A stretch of 64,000 nucleotides of DNA, from the NCBI GenBank assembly GCA_018819405.1, contig JAHJQF010000001.1, positions 226,097-290,096 of the forward strand. Reading direction: 5' to 3'. Below are positions 62,228-64,000 of the stretch, in pieces; positions within the stretch are counted from its first letter, which is position 1, and every line of letters begins with the position of its first letter. The notes under the pieces are model-generated. The model was not told the DNA's origin, searched no databases, and saw nothing but the letters and a program-made list of their open reading frames with translations. Made by a program: the position numbers and the translations under genes. This stretch comes from Patescibacteria group bacterium (GTDB lineage: Bacteria > Patescibacteriota > Patescibacteriia > UBA1558 > GWA2-36-10).

Positions 62228-62866
62228 ATGGCTTTATTTAAAGGGAAGAAAAAATCCGAATTATCAGTAAAATCTACAAAAATTGCAGTTTTTATAGATG
62301 CAGGAAATTTATGGGAAGTCTATAAAAAAATTGGGAAAATGATTGAAGTTAATAAACTTGAATCTTTTTTCAAAGAAAAATTTTCAGGGGATATTTTCAA
62401 GATTTTTTATTATGTTGCCTATCCAGAAGACGGGACTAGACCTCAGGTGCAGATTGATAAAATTCATAAATTTTTAACATATTTGAAAAAAGGATTGGAA
62501 TTTGAAGTTATAAAAAAACCATTAAAAACAATCAACCTGAGGGATAAAAAAGGAGAGCTTATTTATGATCAAGATACCGGAGAAATAAAAACAAAAGAAA
62601 AGGGTAATCTTGATGTAGAGTTTACGATAGATGTAATTAAATATTCCACAGCATATGATATAGCGGTATTTGTTACTGGTGATTCGGATTTTTTGCCATT
62701 GATTAGTTATTTAAGAAATCTGGGTGGTAAGGCTAAAAAAGTATATATATTTTCTACAGAAGGATGCATATCAAACGAACTCAGGACTGGTGGTGATGGG
62801 TATTTTGATCTTAAAAATTGTGTAGAGATACATGGTTGTGATCTTAAGAATCAAGAGGATAGATAA
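62228..62866 (+). CDS. NYN-domain (LabA-like) protein; inverted (plus-strand) cassette
   Basis: IAVFIDAGNL...IAVFVTGDSDFLPLISYLRNLGGKAKKVYIFS NYN motifs; followed by hairpin terminator. Confidence 0.65.
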   Translation: MALFKGKKKSELSVKSTKIAVFIDAGNLWEVYKKIGKMIEVNKLESFFKEKFSGDIFKIFYYVAYPEDGTRPQVQIDKIHKFLTYLKKGLEFEVIKKPLKTINLRDKKGELIYDQDTGEIKTKEKGNLDVEFTIDVIKYSTAYDIAVFVTGDSDFLPLISYLRNLGGKAKKVYIFSTEGCISNELRTGGDGYFDLKNCVEIHGCDLKNQEDR

Positions 62867-62897
62867 TAAAGTAAAAAGATAATATAGATATACAAAA

Positions 62898-62926
62898 CAC
62901 CCTCGTGCAGAGCACGAGGGTGTTTC
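62898..62926 (+). terminator. rho-independent terminator
   Basis: acaccctcgtgc-aga-gcacgagggtgt + TTT. Confidence 0.65.
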
Positions 62927-63051
62927 TATGGTGTTTTAACCCCTTAAGTTTTATGGCTAAAACCCAAGGACATTATTAGTTTATATAATATGCCAAAATT
63001 TGTCAATACTTATGAAAAATGGCATAATTTTTAGTCACAAATCACATGTCG

Positions 63052-63188
63052 TACAACAGGCCAGCATTTGCGACGTTGCCGACGAAATAGCCGTGATAAA
63101 ATTATTATATCATCACGGATATTAGGAGGCAATGTAGGTGAAGCGACGAGGCACGAGGAGTGGAACCGCAAATGCGGTGTTGTGTGAT
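63052..63188. repeat. cassette-array repeat family, long TIR form (element H1); contains SD + ATG-TAG mini-frame
   Basis: acaacaggccagcatttgcgacg ... ccgtgat-aaaattattat-atcatcacgg ... aggaggcaatgtag ... ggaaccgcaaatgcggtgttgtgtgat; near-identical to H2. Confidence 0.75.
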
Positions 63189-63313
63189 ATTAAATTTTTC
63201 TTGATTTGATAGGAGCTTGTGTTGACGGAATAAGCGAAATATTATATATTATTATGAAAACCAAAAATTGAGCAATTCAGCTCATTGGTTGTTCTTACAG
63301 AAGGGAGAGCGAG

Positions 63314-63688
63314 ATGATTAAGAATTGGATGCTTTACAGTCTGTGGCTGTTATTGGCCACAACCAACGTCGTGATGATTTCCTATCACACCATTCCTTCG
63401 GCCATGATAGTGGGTCTGTGTGTCGGCGTATTACTAGCCGCAGCTATGGAAGCAGAAAGTCCCACCGAAGCTGGTGATCTTTACCTGGGTTTTGTGGTGA
63501 GCTTCATTTTTGGAGCTTTCGTTTTCCTGAACTTTCTGCTCGGCTGGAACCTGGTCGAAAAGGTGAGTGGCGAATACGCCAAAGAGTTGCACATGGGGAT
63601 ATTGATCCCCTTGAGCTATTTCAGCACCTTGTTGACGGCATCAATTAACAAGTTTTCATCTCTGCATCGTCAGGTGTCTGTCGGATGA
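63314..63688 (+). CDS. hypothetical membrane protein; high-GC; flanked by direct repeats H1/H2
   Basis: 3-4 TM helices; ~52% GC. Confidence 0.45.
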   Translation: MIKNWMLYSLWLLLATTNVVMISYHTIPSAMIVGLCVGVLLAAAMEAESPTEAGDLYLGFVVSFIFGAFVFLNFLLGWNLVEKVSGEYAKELHMGILIPLSYFSTLLTASINKFSSLHRQVSVG

Positions 63689-63830
63689 TCTTCCGACATA
63701 GTGAATGTACATTTCCATCGTTTGGGGACGGAGTTTCAGAAAGCTTCGTCCCTTTTCATTTTGTATAAAATAAAAAAATCTCATTGGAGATTATGTGAGT
63801 AAAGAAAAATTTAATTTCATACAACAGGAC

Positions 63831-63958
63831 AGCATTTGCGACGTTGCCGACGAAAAAGCCGTGATAAAATTATTATATCATCACGGCTATGAGGAGGCAA
63901 TGTAGGTGAAGCGACGAAAGAATAGAGGAGCGGAACCGCAAATGCGGTGTTGTGTGAT
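63831..63958. repeat. cassette-array repeat family, long TIR form (element H2)
   Basis: ~90% identical to H1 over ~130 bp. Confidence 0.75.
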
Positions 63959-64000
63959 GTCGAATTTTTTTTAGGTATTCATTATTATTTAGGGGAATTT

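Noticed and set aside
53548-63958. CRISPR array interpretation of the repeated elements
   Set aside because: Repeats are 100-150 bp, heterogeneous and modular. They are separated by 0.3-1.4 kb gene-containing units rather than ~30-bp spacers, and there are no cas genes.

Overview
AT-rich (~33-35% GC) bacterial chromosome segment read with the standard genetic code; no in-frame UGA problems in long ORFs. Gene content and organisation look like a reduced-genome, Candidate-Phyla-Radiation-like bacterium: unlinked rRNA genes, a split transketolase, several fusion proteins, a GIY-YIG nuclease next to tRNAs, a VKOR/DsbA cluster, PilT and an EndoQ homologue. Recognisable features are listed first, then the two patterns that stand out.

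Recognisable content:
- rRNA genes. A 16S gene (16082-17568) has its own promoter and is followed by an Ile-Phe-Pro-Gly tRNA cluster. The 23S (32281-35390) and 5S (35597-35720) genes lie 14.7 kb downstream with their own promoter.
- tRNAs. 11 tRNAs are called from their cloverleaf structure.
- Core genes: trpB-like, hsp20, vanW-like, rpmF, a NusB-NUDIX fusion, rnc, a short smc, rpsP, a KH-domain protein, trmD, rarA, an M23 peptidase, a UXS-like dehydratase fusion, gtrA, PGI/PMI, split tkt, mscL, VKOR with two DsbA genes, an EndoQ-like gene, rplS, cmk, rluD, pilT with a cNMP/GAF regulator, cobO with a DUF4430 gene, a GT2 glycosyltransferase, an LRR lipoprotein, csrA and a CPBP protease.

Two unusual patterns:
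1. From about 53.5 kb to the end of the window, a >10 kb array of 12 or more single-gene (rarely two-gene) cassettes, almost all on the minus strand. Each cassette is followed immediately after its stop codon by a member of a modular 100-150 bp repeat family. The repeats have conserved ends, a variable palindromic core and roughly 35-bp minimal forms. This looks like an integron or CALIN-type attC cassette array, or a novel cassette system. Cargo includes an AbiEi/AbiEii toxin-antitoxin pair, a NUDIX hydrolase, a possible MazG-like protein, a cupin, a SAM methyltransferase, a histidine phosphatase, a PhzF-family protein, NYN-domain proteins and small membrane proteins or lipoproteins. No recombinase gene is present in the window.
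2. At least a dozen short high-GC (about 50-60%) single-gene islets are scattered through the AT-rich backbone. Each has a strong AGGAGG-type Shine-Dalgarno sequence and its own hairpin terminator. One of them is csrA. This suggests recurrent horizontal acquisition from a high-GC donor.

Other notable items:
- Two GC-rich candidate structured ncRNA regions, after rnc and after the 5S gene.
- A lysine-rich tandem-repeat histone-H1-like mini-protein.
- A GIY-YIG nuclease gene bracketed by a complete tRNA-Lys and a degenerate partial copy of the same tRNA.
- An inverted-repeat candidate operator upstream of hsp20.
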